Assembly (NCBI RefSeq): GCF_006345805.1
Contig: NW_021833056.1
Span: 41,904 to 105,903 of the forward strand
Direction: 5' to 3'
DNA length: 64,000 nt
Origin: Octopus sinensis
Taxonomy: Eukaryota
The notes below the pieces were generated by a model. That model made no database searches, had not been told where the DNA came from, and was given only the letters and a program-made list of their open reading frames with translations. The position numbers and the translations under genes were made by a program. Below are positions 12,465-27,390 of the stretch, one piece after another (position 1 is the first letter of the stretch; each line of letters begins with the position of its first letter).

Positions 12465-13600
12465 GGCTAAAAAGAATTTTCCTGCTTAGGAGCAGTTTTT
12501 GGCTGGAGGTGTGGTTGCACTGTTGGATAGGGTTGTAGTTTCCACTTTTGTTGTTGTTTTTGTGTCTTCCTGAAAAGACTGGACCAGCATTACTGCAGCA
12601 TGGTGTGTTTTTATTTTTATTTTTATTCAGGTTTGTGTGTTGGCTTGAAGCCCCGTTTCTGTTTGTTCGTCGGGTCCCTGGAAGATGAGTGAAGGGACAG
12701 TCACTCAGCAGACATATTCTCTCACGTTGGGAATACCGGCAGATTTTGGGACTCCGAGTTGTGTGTGTTTTGAATTTCGATTTACTGTTTGGTGGTGTTG
12801 ATGTTATTGTGGGATGCGTGCTTTGGCCTTGGCCGGTAGTGCGTCTAGTGCCAGGTAGATGCGTGAAGATGCAGTCACTATTTGTGCAGAGTCTCTGGCG
12901 CAGTGAATAGCGGCATATTTGGGGTTTCTTGTTTTTTGGCCGTGGGGGGCGCATTCTGCTTCATATGTTTCTTTAAGTTTTTGTTACTGCAGTAGTATTG
13001 AGGTGGTGATGTGGGAGAAGAGAGCAGTGGTTTCTTATTTGGTTTTTTGTTGGTATTTTTGGTGATAGAAGACGATGGTGGCAGCGGTGGTGATGATGAT
13101 GATGATAATTGTGGTGGTTGCCGTGAGAGCGGTGAAAAGATACTGGCATTTAGTGAATCATCTAGTATGCTAGAGTTGAGGAGTGGCTGTTGTTGTTCTT
13201 GTTGCTGTGGCTGTTGTTGTTGTTGTTGTGCTTGACCGATGTTAGGGTCAGTTATTGTGCTGGGAACTAGGATTGGCTCATTCTGTTGTTGTTGTTGTTG
13301 TGGCTGTTGATTTTCTAGCTGTTGCTGTTCTTGAACAGTGAAAATATAAAGAAGGTTTTCAAAATGGCTTTTTGTCAGTTTGAAAGAAGCTTCGATATGC
13401 TTCAGTTTGCTACGAATCTGTTTGATGGATCGTGTGTGATTATTTTTGTGTGTTTTTCGGCAATCTCATTCAAACATAAAACATTTAAATTTTCTGTTTG
13501 GGGAAGAGAGAACCAAGTGTTTATTAAAACATCAATTTCATTATCAGACCAATTTCGTCTGTTGCAGGCCTGCAAGTTAGTCATGTTTGTTTTTCTTTTG
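12430..13600 (-). pseudogene. CR1-like ORF1 with two CCCH zinc fingers and an upstream Myb/SANT-like stretch
   Basis: CRYSLRQRLCTNSDCIFTH and CRYSQRERICLLSDCPFTH; upstream RRNWSDNEIDVLINTW and a Gln/Ser-rich linker; broken by frameshifts. Confidence 0.7.
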
Positions 13601-13923
13601 ATTTTTGATATATATATATTCTTTCTTGGGAGTTAAAGAAGTGTATATATATATATAAATGTTCTCTCTTAAGGGTGTGAGTTTTTGATTATTTGGTAGT
13701 TTGAAGATATTAAAAGGAAAACAAGTGTATATAACAATTTGTAGTTAAATAAAAACGTACTTACGGGTTTGTAGGCAAACACGTGGTTACAAATATATAT
13801 ATATTTAAGGTCAGTTAAGTTTTGAAGCTGTGTAGCTTGCTACTGACTTGGGAGAGAGAAACAAAAAGACGTTTAAATATTTGTTGTGCAAAAATTTTTA
13901 TGTGAAATCGTGTGTTGAAACAG

Positions 13924-16527
13924 ATATTGTTATATTTCAGAATGGTCATATTGCCAGTTTAGCCAATAAAAACACACGCACTATATATTTGGTGTCATTT
14001 TGTTCATGTGTTTACATCCACTTATTATTATCATTACCTATGCTTGTATGTATGTATGTATGTATAACAACAATACTAGTAATAATAATTATAAATCTAA
14101 TCAATATATATATATATATATAGTAGTATTTATTTCTATTTGTTTTTTATCTGTGTATTTATTATGTTTTAGGAATCCTCTATCGTGATATGTTGTGGTG
14201 TGTGTTAGTGCTCCATTCTAGTTTTCTATTCAGGCTAGGTTTATTTTTTATTATGTGTGTAGCTTCTGTAATTTGTTTAATTGTTGCATCTGTTCTATGT
14301 TTGGACAATATTTTAATTTCTATGTTATTGATTGATCCCCCGTGTTCCTGTTCGGCGTGTTGGTACAGAATCGATGAGCTTTTACCTTCCTTGAGTTGTC
14401 TCCAATGGCCATTTACCCGCTCTCCTATGCTTCTTGCCGTTTCCCCTACGTATATCGTTGTCTTGTTACTGCATCGTCCCTCTATACATCTTACACTATA
14501 GACTACATTTCTGGCTTTACAGTTTGTTTTTGGTCTAAATCTACATACAGTACACTACTTGTCCGTACATGGGGTTCTACTAGAAGGATAGGGTAGCCTG
14601 GCTTTTCAACAACCTTAATTCTTAGCTTAAGTTTGTCTAGGGTCCTTCTAAAGCGGTACGCCAGTACACCTCCAGGGGTGGTGTCAACGAACATGACACT
14701 CTGGTATTTATGGCTATCATACCAAGAATTGGCCTTCTCTATTTTCTTTTTTGTCCTTTCTATAGTGTTCCATGGCTTGTTTCTATAGAGTGGGCAAGTC
14801 CCATTCCTATCATTACATAATATATTATCAAATTTCTTCATGGCTCCTTTGTATACTCTGATCCTTTCTTTATGGCTGTAACCTGAGAACTGCATGCGGT
14901 GAATGAAATATTGTATGTGTCTCTTTAACTCTGTGGTCTCGCACATGCGTGACACATTTCTCATTATTCTGACGAGGTCTGCCATCAAAATATTGAATTT
15001 GGCATTGTCCGCAATGGCTGAGTTCCGGTGGATCAAGTATATTGAGGCCATAGGTTTGGCATAATATGAATGAAGGATTTGGGTTTTATTAGTCACAATT
15101 TCTAGCCAGAGTTCAGTGTCTATTACTGGTAGTCTATGGTTGGGGTGTTTAGTGGGGTAGTCTATTGTGACCTTAATACTCTGGTGGATGGAGTTAGCTA
15201 TTTGCTGGATGCTCTCCATAGTATTAGTTTCTAATACTATATCAACATTGCTCTCTTGTGGGGGTGCCTTTGCCACTATGTTGATATCATCAACATAGCG
15301 AGAGTACATGTTTACGAGTATGGAGTTCTGTGTTGGGCGTTCTTTAAGCCTTCTGTCTCATCATACCATGAAAAGGTTGGCCACATCACCAGCGATACTA
15401 ACGCCGATGGCTGCCCCCTCGTTCTGGGCATATATTTTATTATTAAACTGAAACGTGTGGCCTTTTAGGGTAACTCTTATACTAGCTCCTGGTGCATGTG
15501 CGATCATTTTCTTTACCTGGTGGACATTTGCGGGGCTCGTATGGCTCTGGTCCATCCGCGCCATCTTTCTATATGTGTCTTCCTAGTCATAGAAGTAATT
15601 GTGGGCGGTCTACCTCTTAAACATCTACTGGGGCAGAAACTACTAAGATTATGTTTATCTAAGTATTCATTATTACATGTCAGTCTAAGTAGGAGGCCCA
15701 GTTCTTCTGTGTTGACATTACGGAACTCCACCTGGCTCTCGTTGATCATCTCCACACACTTCTCCACCGCAAAATCTACGTCGATCGATGGGTATAGGGA
15801 TACCACATCCGTGCTACCCACCATACATCTTGCCAGGTCACAAGTGTTGTTACAGTCATTGATCCTGCTGAGGAGATCTGCTGTGCTGTCACAAACATCA
15901 GATGACATCCGGATTATTGGGCGTATGATCATTGAGAGGAAGTAGGAGATTCTGTAATTGCTAGCGATATTCGCTCCACAGACTGGTCTTGTTGGTGGTC
16001 CTGCTATTGGGTCAGTATTTACTTTATGGTCCTTGCGAAGTCCATACAGTGCCGGGATATCATTGTTCCAGGCTTTGAAATTATTTGCTGTACGTTTCTG
16101 GGGTCCCAGAACAATTGTCCACATCATCATGTGGGAGTTGAGGAACTTTTCTCTCTCCTCATGCGCCTGTACAGTTGTTATTCTTGTATTGGCGATATGA
16201 GGTTGTATTTATATACATGAACGTATATAAAGAGAAGACACAAATATTACAGGCATCCCCGCACATACACACATTAAATAATCATAGACGCACATAGAGA
16301 TATAAGCATGCGCAAATGAAAACATACAATACAAATACCAAATGGCTGACGGTTAGTAAGGAGAGACACAAATAAGAAAGAAGAAAACAAAGGACCACTG
16401 ATGCGGTCACAGGAATGTGACGAAAGAATTAATGTAAAAAAAAAAAAACACTAAAGCAAAATAACACCAAACATATAGTGCGTGTGTTTTTATTGGCTAA
16501 ACTGGCAATATGACCATTCCGAAATAT

Positions 16528-16536
<9 letters not shown>
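13924..16536 (-). mobile_element. Penelope-like element (RT plus GIY-YIG), 5'-truncated, with inverted terminal repeats
   Basis: RT motifs RPVCGA, STDVVSLYPSI, EGAAIGVSIAG and YVDD at 14503-16130; Met-less frame at about 14180-14550 reads NVVYSVRC..IYVGETARSIGERVNGH (GIY-YIG); 13924-13997 is the reverse complement of about 16463-16536. Confidence 0.9.
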
Positions 16537-16563
<27 letters not shown>

Positions 16564-16784
16564 TAACCGAGTTAGTAAATGTTTTTATCTTCTTTTCACT
16601 AAATTTATCTAGCTTCTGTGTTCCTAGCACATATTTCGCCTTAATGTACTGATATATGAAAAATATATGGCTCGTGCTAGAAATACCAGCGATAATAATT
16701 ATTTTTATTTTATCGCAATTTGATTTGTTTTATATGTATATATATATGTATATATATATATGTATATATATATATATGCATATA

Positions 16785-16844
<60 letters not shown>

Positions 16845-17072
16845 ATAGAAATATAAAATAACTAAGTCTCTCTAAAAGAGAACAGCGGCAGCGTTCCCGG
16901 AAAATAATAGTTATCGCCATACTAATATGGCATTCTTATAAAAATAAGAAAAAAGCTGTCCGCTTATTAGCTCCATGAGGCCATCGCCTTAAGTTAGCTA
17001 TTTGATACACAAACTCTATCCATATAACCTTCGAACAAGGGAGGTCAGTCGCTCCACACTACTTGACCCGGC

Positions 17073-17114
17073 GCTACAGACGCGTTTCGGGGTATTGCCC
17101 CTTTTCAATGCAGC
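17073..17114 (-). ncRNA. Minimal type I hammerhead ribozyme, U3-A8 core variant (copy 1)
   Basis: GCUGCA UUGAAAA GGGG-CAAUA-CCCC GAA A-CGCG-U C UGUAGC: 6-bp stem I, 4-bp stem II, palindromic stem III, GUC cleavage triplet. Confidence 0.8.
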
Positions 17115-17435
17115 GTAGCCAGCCCCGGAGGTGTCGCTTCCGACAATCTCTGTTCGATGGTTTTATTTACCTAGTTTCGGTGGAATACATCCACTTGTTT
17201 TCAATAATAGAAATATTAAAATAACTAAGTCTCTCTAAAAGAGAACAGCGGCAGCGTTCCCGGAAAATAATAGTTATCGCCATACTAGTATGGCATTCTT
17301 ATAAAAATAAGAAAAAATCTGTCCGCTTATTAGCTCCATGAGGCCATCGCCTTAAGTTAGCTATTTGATACACAAACTCTATCCATATAACCTTCGAACA
17401 AGGGAGGTCAGTCGCTCCACACTACTTGACCGGCA

Positions 17436-17477
17436 GCTACAGACGCGTTTCGGGGTATTGCCCCTTTTCAATGCAGC
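17436..17477 (-). ncRNA. Minimal type I hammerhead ribozyme, U3-A8 core variant (copy 2)
   Basis: Identical to 17073-17114, 363 bp downstream. Confidence 0.8.
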
Positions 17478-17526
17478 GTAGCCAGCCAGGAAAACTAGGT
17501 AAATAAAACCATCGAATGGTTTTATT

Positions 17527-18490
17527 CTGCCGGATACGGGTTGATTAATTAGCTCTGGGGAGACTCCCCGACACCTTCGGGTGAATTAGGGTTCATTTGG
17601 AGGGCTGCCCCTTTAAGTAAGCAGTTCAGTGTGTTAGAGACAGTGAAGAAGAGGAAGAAGTAAGTAGTGAGGAAGACAGATTAAGGAATCTGAGCGGCGA
17701 TAGAGAGAGTATTAGAGCTAAGAGAGAGATTGAGGGTAGTGACAGAGCAGGAGGATTTGGGCAGTCGGTATTTGGTCGTCAAGGCGAGCGGTTGGATTTA
17801 GGAGCGAGGATTTGGAATTCAGGGCAAGTGTTTAGCAAGTTGCAGTTAGCAGTACTGAGAGAGATGAGGTGCAATATGAGATACTGGCTATTCTAGTAGG
17901 AACTAAGGTACGTGAATTGTGTATTGATATGTGAAGAAAAAGAAGGAAAAGAATCGATGTAAAGAGACTGTTGAAAAGAAATGAGACAGTGAAAAGAGCA
18001 ATGTGAACTGTGTAAAGACATTGTGTACAGAGTTATTGGAAAGGGAACTGTGTAATGAACATTGAACTGTATAGGCCTTTAATGTCCTTTGAACTGTAAC
18101 TTTAATGTGATTTGAAACACAACTGTTGTCTCCGGACGTGTACTCTTGAAATTATGTTGTTATTGCATTTGATGTGTTGTTACCCGGACAGTTTAAATGC
18201 TGTGATGTGTTGATTCTGTTACTTGCTTGTATTTACCTGTTGTATACCTGTTTCTTGCATGTATTTTCTTTGATATGTCTGATGTATTTAACATTGTATT
18301 TGATGTTGTAATGATTGTCATAAACTAGCGTTAAATGTGAGCCAATTGCCTCTGTGTCTCTTCTTCCTGCTGCTGTTGTTGTTGTCTCTCTCTCCTCTCC
18401 GAGTTTTCGTGGCGAACATTCGCTGCATCGAACGGGCCTGTGTGAGGGATTCCGTAACAGCTTTCGTTCGACGGCGCTCCCCTCGTAACA
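17527..18490 (+). mobile_element. Probable solo LTR (Ty3/gypsy-like)
   Basis: ~960-bp noncoding block starting TGCCGGATACGG and ending CGTAACA; TATA-like tttaagta followed by cagttcagt, then purine-rich and TG-rich segments; no second copy in the window to confirm. Confidence 0.4.
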
Positions 18491-18511
18491 ATAATATATA
18501 TATTATATATA

Positions 18512-18559
<48 letters not shown>

Positions 18560-18569
18560 TATATATATG

Positions 18570-18726
18570 TATGTAATATATTATGTATATATTTGTACTG
18601 CAAACCTACTTTTTCCGTCGAGGGCATATATTTATATGGATTATTTATAATTGACAAAACACGGTGAGCTTTCATAAACTTTAAACTTATGAAATATTTT
18701 ATATATATATATATATATATATAGTA

Positions 18727-18757
<31 letters not shown>

Positions 18758-19186
18758 CATATACATACACATAAGATGATTGCTCCATCTTAGCAGATGG
18801 TTGCCGTTTTCTTTTGCTACCTGTTTGTCAAAGGCATTTCTGTGTTTCCATTCATGACCTCTCACTTGAAATTTAGTCTCTCTGCCGATCTGCCTTCTTT
18901 GAAGCGTAGGTGAGAGACGAAAGTTGTTGTAGCCTACCGTGCGCGTCCATTCTTCCACCACCGTAGGAACTTCAGCAGATGAAATGCCGAATGTGGTCAT
19001 CTTAAAGACATAACTGTGCATCATTTGATTATAGTGAGAGGCACCTGTAGAATACCAGTACCACTCTGAGTCTCTGTGACTAGAAACTAGTGGCAGACCG
19101 AACAGAGAGGACTTTTAATCAGGTCAAACAGCAGGTTTTCCATCAGTAGGCACCTATGATGCAACCAAGGGATCTAGATATATGGT

Positions 19187-19217
<31 letters not shown>

Positions 19218-19566
19218 TTATACATGTATATATATATATGTGTGTGCGTGTGTGCATATAATATATATATATATAATATTATATACTATATAGATATATA
19301 TATATATGTATATAATATATATCTATCTATATATATAATATAAGTATATAATGTATGCATGTATGTCTGTATGTATGTATGCATGAAAAAGCATATAAGG
19401 CGTTGTGTCAAAAGAGATGTGGTGAGAGGTGAAATCGATTGGGAAAAACAATTAAAAATGTATACGACTCATAAAAATGATTCATAAGTTGGTTGACAGA
19501 AGTTAGATCCTGGCTGACTGCTTTAACTTGAATGCATGACTTACATTTCTTAATTTTCATTAAAAG
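18570..19566 (+). repeat. Segments y and z of the tandem segmental repeat (copy 1)
   Basis: 18570-18700 matches 29495-29615; 18757-19566 matches 32565-33635, which carries an extra ~255 bp. Confidence 0.9.
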
Positions 19567-19620
19567 TATTATTATTATTATTATTATTAACATTATAATT
19601 ATCATTATTATCATTATTTT

Positions 19621-22600
19621 TTTTTTCTTCTTTCAAATTTGCTTCCATTTCTTGCCGAGTGTCTTCCCGACTCCTAGGGCAAAGAAACTCATAGTATACA
19701 TTGGTAGGCCATTAAACCAAACTCAGTATTTCGTTTATTTATTTATTTTTTTTTAAGTTAAATTAAAATACATGAGCAGCAACAGTTCTCACATCGGCAA
19801 TGCTCTTCTCAATACGTGTGATGTACCAGTTAAGACAATCTTTTGCACTTCTTGCAGGGATGGTAAGCCAGGGATCATTCTCATATAATTTTCGGTTCCC
19901 TTCTTGATCATTCCTAGTGCTCCTACGATCACTGGTATTGTAACCGCCTTGAGATGCCACATTTTCTCAATTTCATGAGTAGGTCTTTATATTTTCTGAG
20001 CTTGTCAAACTCTTTCGCTGAGATATGATCACAGGGGATGCTCATGTCGATCAATAAGCAAACTTTATTGTTTTGGTCTTTCACAACAATATCTGGTTTA
20101 TTGGCCTTGATGGGTCGGTCTGTATGTACTGGAAAGTCCCACAGAATGGTTACATTTTCTCCTTCAGTTACAGCCTCAGGGTGGTGATTATACCACTTGT
20201 CGGCAGTTTTGATATTGTAATGCCGACTTATTAGCCAGTGGAGATATTGGCCAACTCTGTCATGTCTTAATTTATACTCCACTGGTGCTAGGACTTTACA
20301 TCCAGAGATTAGGTGGTCCACTGTTTCAATCATGTCGTTGCAGAATCGGCATTTTGGGTCTGCTCCATTTTTCATCACATTGGCCTGGTAGTTCCGAGTT
20401 ATAGGCTTTGATCTTGAGCAGCCAGGATGAAACCTTCGCTCTCTGCTTTTAGCCTGAGCTCCGTAGCCACTGATGGGTTGCTTCTGGTCAACATCAGCTT
20501 GTTTGCTGCGGGTCACATATTTGCCGTGCAGAGGTTTCTTCTCCCACCTATCAGCCAATTGCTCGTGCGCTTTTTTCGTTGCCATCATTTTCACCTTCTT
20601 TGCAACAATAGTTGCCGTACTTCCCTCGGGTTGTTCAGTTTGGGTATCCTCCACGAGATCAATAGCAAATTTTTTGCTTTCCTTTATAATTGAATGAAGC
20701 TTCTTTCGTCTCTCGTGATTTTCCAGGAGCTTTAGCATTCAGTCATTCGATATTTCGAGATATTTGGCCAGTCCAATTGTGGTTGTTTTGTAAGCTAGTT
20801 CAAATTAGATCAGGCCTCGACCTCCTTGGGCTCTGGGAAGGTAAAGGCGATCTACGTCTGCCTTTGGGTGGTGCATCCTATTACAACTCAGCAGCTTGCG
20901 TATTTTTCTATCTATATTCTTTACTTCACTCATATTCCAGTTCAACACATTGTAGCTATAAGTAACAACTGGAACTGCTAAGGAATTTATAGCTAACACC
21001 TTGTTACGTGCATTCAGTTCAGATTTCAGGACTGCACGAACTCTCCTATAACATTCCTTCCTGATTTTCTCTTTCATGCTTGCATGCTGAATACCAGAGC
21101 CTTCATTTATCCCTAAATATTTGTATGTTTGTTCTTGCTCAAGCTCTCTTATGACTGTGTCAACATCTAACACGACTGAATTTGTGGTCTTCACTTTCCC
21201 TTTCTGGAAAGTGGCCTTGGCACACTTCTCAAGTCCAAACTCCATCCCGATATCCTCGCTGAATGCTTTCACGGTGCGCAATAGGCCTTCAAGTTCATTA
21301 TTGTCTTTACTATAAAGTTTTTAGTCATCCATATAAAATAGATGGCTTATTTTTTTAATGGCAATTTTATACCCATACCCTGTTCTGTTTAATTCACTTG
21401 TAAGGGGTATTAGGGCTATGCAGAATATTAAAGGTGAAAGTGAGTCACCTTGAAAAATTCCACAGTTGATGTTTATATTTTCTGAGGCAAGTACTCCATT
21501 AGAGTGGTATAATTGGAGATTCGTATTCCACAACGACATATTTTGCTTCAGGAAGTTTGAAATCACAGGGGAAATTTTGAAGATATCCAGCGATCTCAAG
21601 ATCCATGGATGCGGTATACTGTCGAAGGCCTTTTTGTAGTCAATCCATGGGGTGCTGAGATTTCTGCGCTTGTTGTGACAGTTCTCAAGGATCATACGAT
21701 TGATTAGCAGTTGATCTTTGCATCCGTAAGAGCCTCGGCGGCACCCTTTTTGTTCAATGGGGAAAATATCGTTCTTCTCCATGAATGCATATGTTTTCTC
21801 CGCCAGGATAGATGTTAGGATTTTATACGTGGTGGATTGACAGGTTATAGGCCGATAGTTTTTTGGAAGGTTAGTTTCGTTATTCTTTGGGAGTAGGTAA
21901 GTAATGCCACTTGCTAACCATTCAGATGTTTTCTTTGGGTCTCTCATAATTCCATTGAGCAGCTGAACTAGCTTACCGTGTGCGCATGGGAGCGATGCGA
22001 GCCAGAAATTCGGCACCCTCTCTTTACCGGGGGATTTCCAATTATGGGCCTTCGTGAGTGCCTTTCTTAGGTCTGCTATTGTGATGTCTTCCCATGCTTG
22101 TCGTTGTAAATTTTGGTAGGATCCTTCAGTTTGTATAATCCAGTCTGCATTTATGTTGTACGTCTTCTTGTCACTCCAAATCCTTTCCCAAAAGTTTTGA
22201 ACTTCTTCCATGGGAGGGGGTCTTTAACGGTTACTTTCTCCTTCCCTATTTCTCTGTAGAATTTTTTGGCATTGGATGTGAACAGCTTATTTTGCTTGTA
22301 AAACTTGTTTCTCTTCTCAAATCTTCGTATTCTTTGGGCTTTTGCTTGGACTTTTTGTTTCAGCGTTTCTTTTATTGATATCAGTTCTTCTCTTGGTGAG
22401 GATCCAAATTTTCTCTTCATCTTTCTTCCTGTTCTGGATCTTACATCATTTCCACATATTAGTTCATTTAATATTGATATTTCCCCTCTCATAAATTCAA
22501 TCTCTTTTTCAATTTTACTTCTCCAGGTTTGATTTCTTCCCAGGTTTTGTTTTCTTTGTTTTTTCGGGGGCATACAGCTGGTTTCAATTGCCCTAGCAGA

Positions 22601-23470
22601 AGCGTAAATAATTTCATTTAACTCAGTAAAATCAGGTTTTAATTCTCGTATTATTTCATTTGTTACATAGTTGCCAATTTGGATTTGTTTTTTATTTTGG
22701 TTTGTATTTGAGAGTTTATGAAGTGGTTCTCTATCATTCATACTTGTATGTTTTACAACTTCAAGCGTATTCAGGATTTTCTGCCTCATTTCTGCCATAG
22801 ACTCTCTGTGTTCTTCAGCAAATGCGAGATCTTCAGTTACTGTTGTTTTTTCGTTTTCCTGGCTATCTTTATCAGGTACAATAGAATTTCTTGTATCTTC
22901 AGGCCTTTGCGTACTTTGGTCAGATGGCAGTCTTTCAATTAAACCTCGTGGCGGGCTATACTGTTCATCTGATTCTTCATTTCCTTTGTGTCTTATATTT
23001 ATGTCATTTTCCGTTGCGTGCTTGATCGCGCTTATTTCACTGTCTGTGAGTCTGTTATTTCTAAGGATATCTCTCCTCACATTTGCTAATTTGTTCTCGT
23101 CCAAATAGGGCCTACTGTCTTGATTCCGTGTTCTCCATATACTGTAAGAGTTTGCGGTGTGTCTCTCTTGAGATGGCCTACCTAATGCATAGTAATAAGC
23201 GTATATTACTTCTTTATACTCTTCTCGGGTCCATTTGTTCCGCTTACATTTTTCTTTCTGTGGTGGTTGTGGTGTGAACTTGGAGGGCTCGAGTTGGGGG
23301 ATTTCCCGTTCAAGTGACCATCCATGTCCGTATTCGGAGAAGAGTTTGTGCCAGTTGATGACTTTTCGATCCCAGGCTGGCTTTTCCCTGGGGGACGCGC
23401 TTCCAGATTAACCATAGGACAAGCGATTTGGTATACTGATTTAGTTTTCCTTTTAGTTTCCAAAAACACT
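19621..23470 (-). mobile_element. Full-length R4/Dong RLE retrotransposon, family C, frameshifted, in (TAA)n
   Basis: N-terminal KRNKWTREEYK; RT (NYRPITC, WIDYKKAFDS, GIFQGDSLSP, FYMDD); CCHC (CRFCNDMIETVDHLISGC); RHDRV; RLE KPDIVV..LIDMSIP; ATT tracts at 19567-19620 and 23472-23735. Confidence 0.93.
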
Positions 23471-23489
23471 TTTTATTATATTATTATTA

Positions 23490-23527
<38 letters not shown>

Positions 23528-23551
23528 ATTATTATTATATTATTATTATTA

Positions 23552-23584
<33 letters not shown>

Positions 23585-23656
23585 ATCATCATCATTATTA
23601 TTATCATCATCATTATTATTATTATTATCATCATCATATTATTATTATTATCATCA

Positions 23657-23728
<72 letters not shown>

Positions 23729-23736
23729 TTATTATT

Positions 23737-27150
<3,414 letters not shown>

Positions 27151-27192
27151 ACATACATACGTACATAAATACATAAATACATACATACATAC

Positions 27193-27258
<66 letters not shown>

Positions 27259-27260
27259 AT

Positions 27261-27295
<35 letters not shown>

Positions 27296-27344
27296 GAAAA
27301 AACAAGTCAAAAATAGAAAATGTTAAAATAATTTTATTGTGAAC

Positions 27345-27390
27345 ATTTCAGTACCGTTTTCGGTCATTTTGAGACCTTTTCAACTGTAAC
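27345..27390 (-). ncRNA. Minimal hammerhead ribozyme (U3-A8 variant) at the PLE 3' terminus
   Basis: CAG UUGAAAA GGUC-UCAAAAU-GACC GAA A-ACGG-U A CUG; sense to, and downstream of, the PLE ORF. Confidence 0.65.

Larger units (their letters stand above)
9315..13640 (-). mobile_element. Near full-length, inactivated CR1-like LINE (ORF1 plus APE-RT ORF2)
   Basis: APE motifs (ETHL, GGTAIF, MGDFNLP, LDLVFSN) at 11607-12464; RT at 10050-11579 (YLDLSKAFDRVDH, GVPQGTVLGP; YADD motif reads FAYD); C-terminus HLEYCCPLWSP/SLQRRRER; (ATCAAAGT)n tail abutting (TA)n at 9315. Confidence 0.92.
16847..17516 (-). repeat. Tandem ~278-bp direct repeats (period 363) carrying hammerhead ribozymes; pLTR/retrozyme-like
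   Basis: 16847-17124 matches 17208-17487; 17153-17177 is the reverse complement of 17492-17516. Confidence 0.9.

Noticed and set aside
15496-16200. Plus-strand ORFs over the PLE
   Set aside because: Antisense shadows of the PLE RT.
18641-19024. 127-aa ORF repeated at 32414-32830
   Set aside because: It lies within the segmental duplication, most differences between the copies are non-synonymous, its C-terminus runs into (TA)n, and no domain is recognisable.
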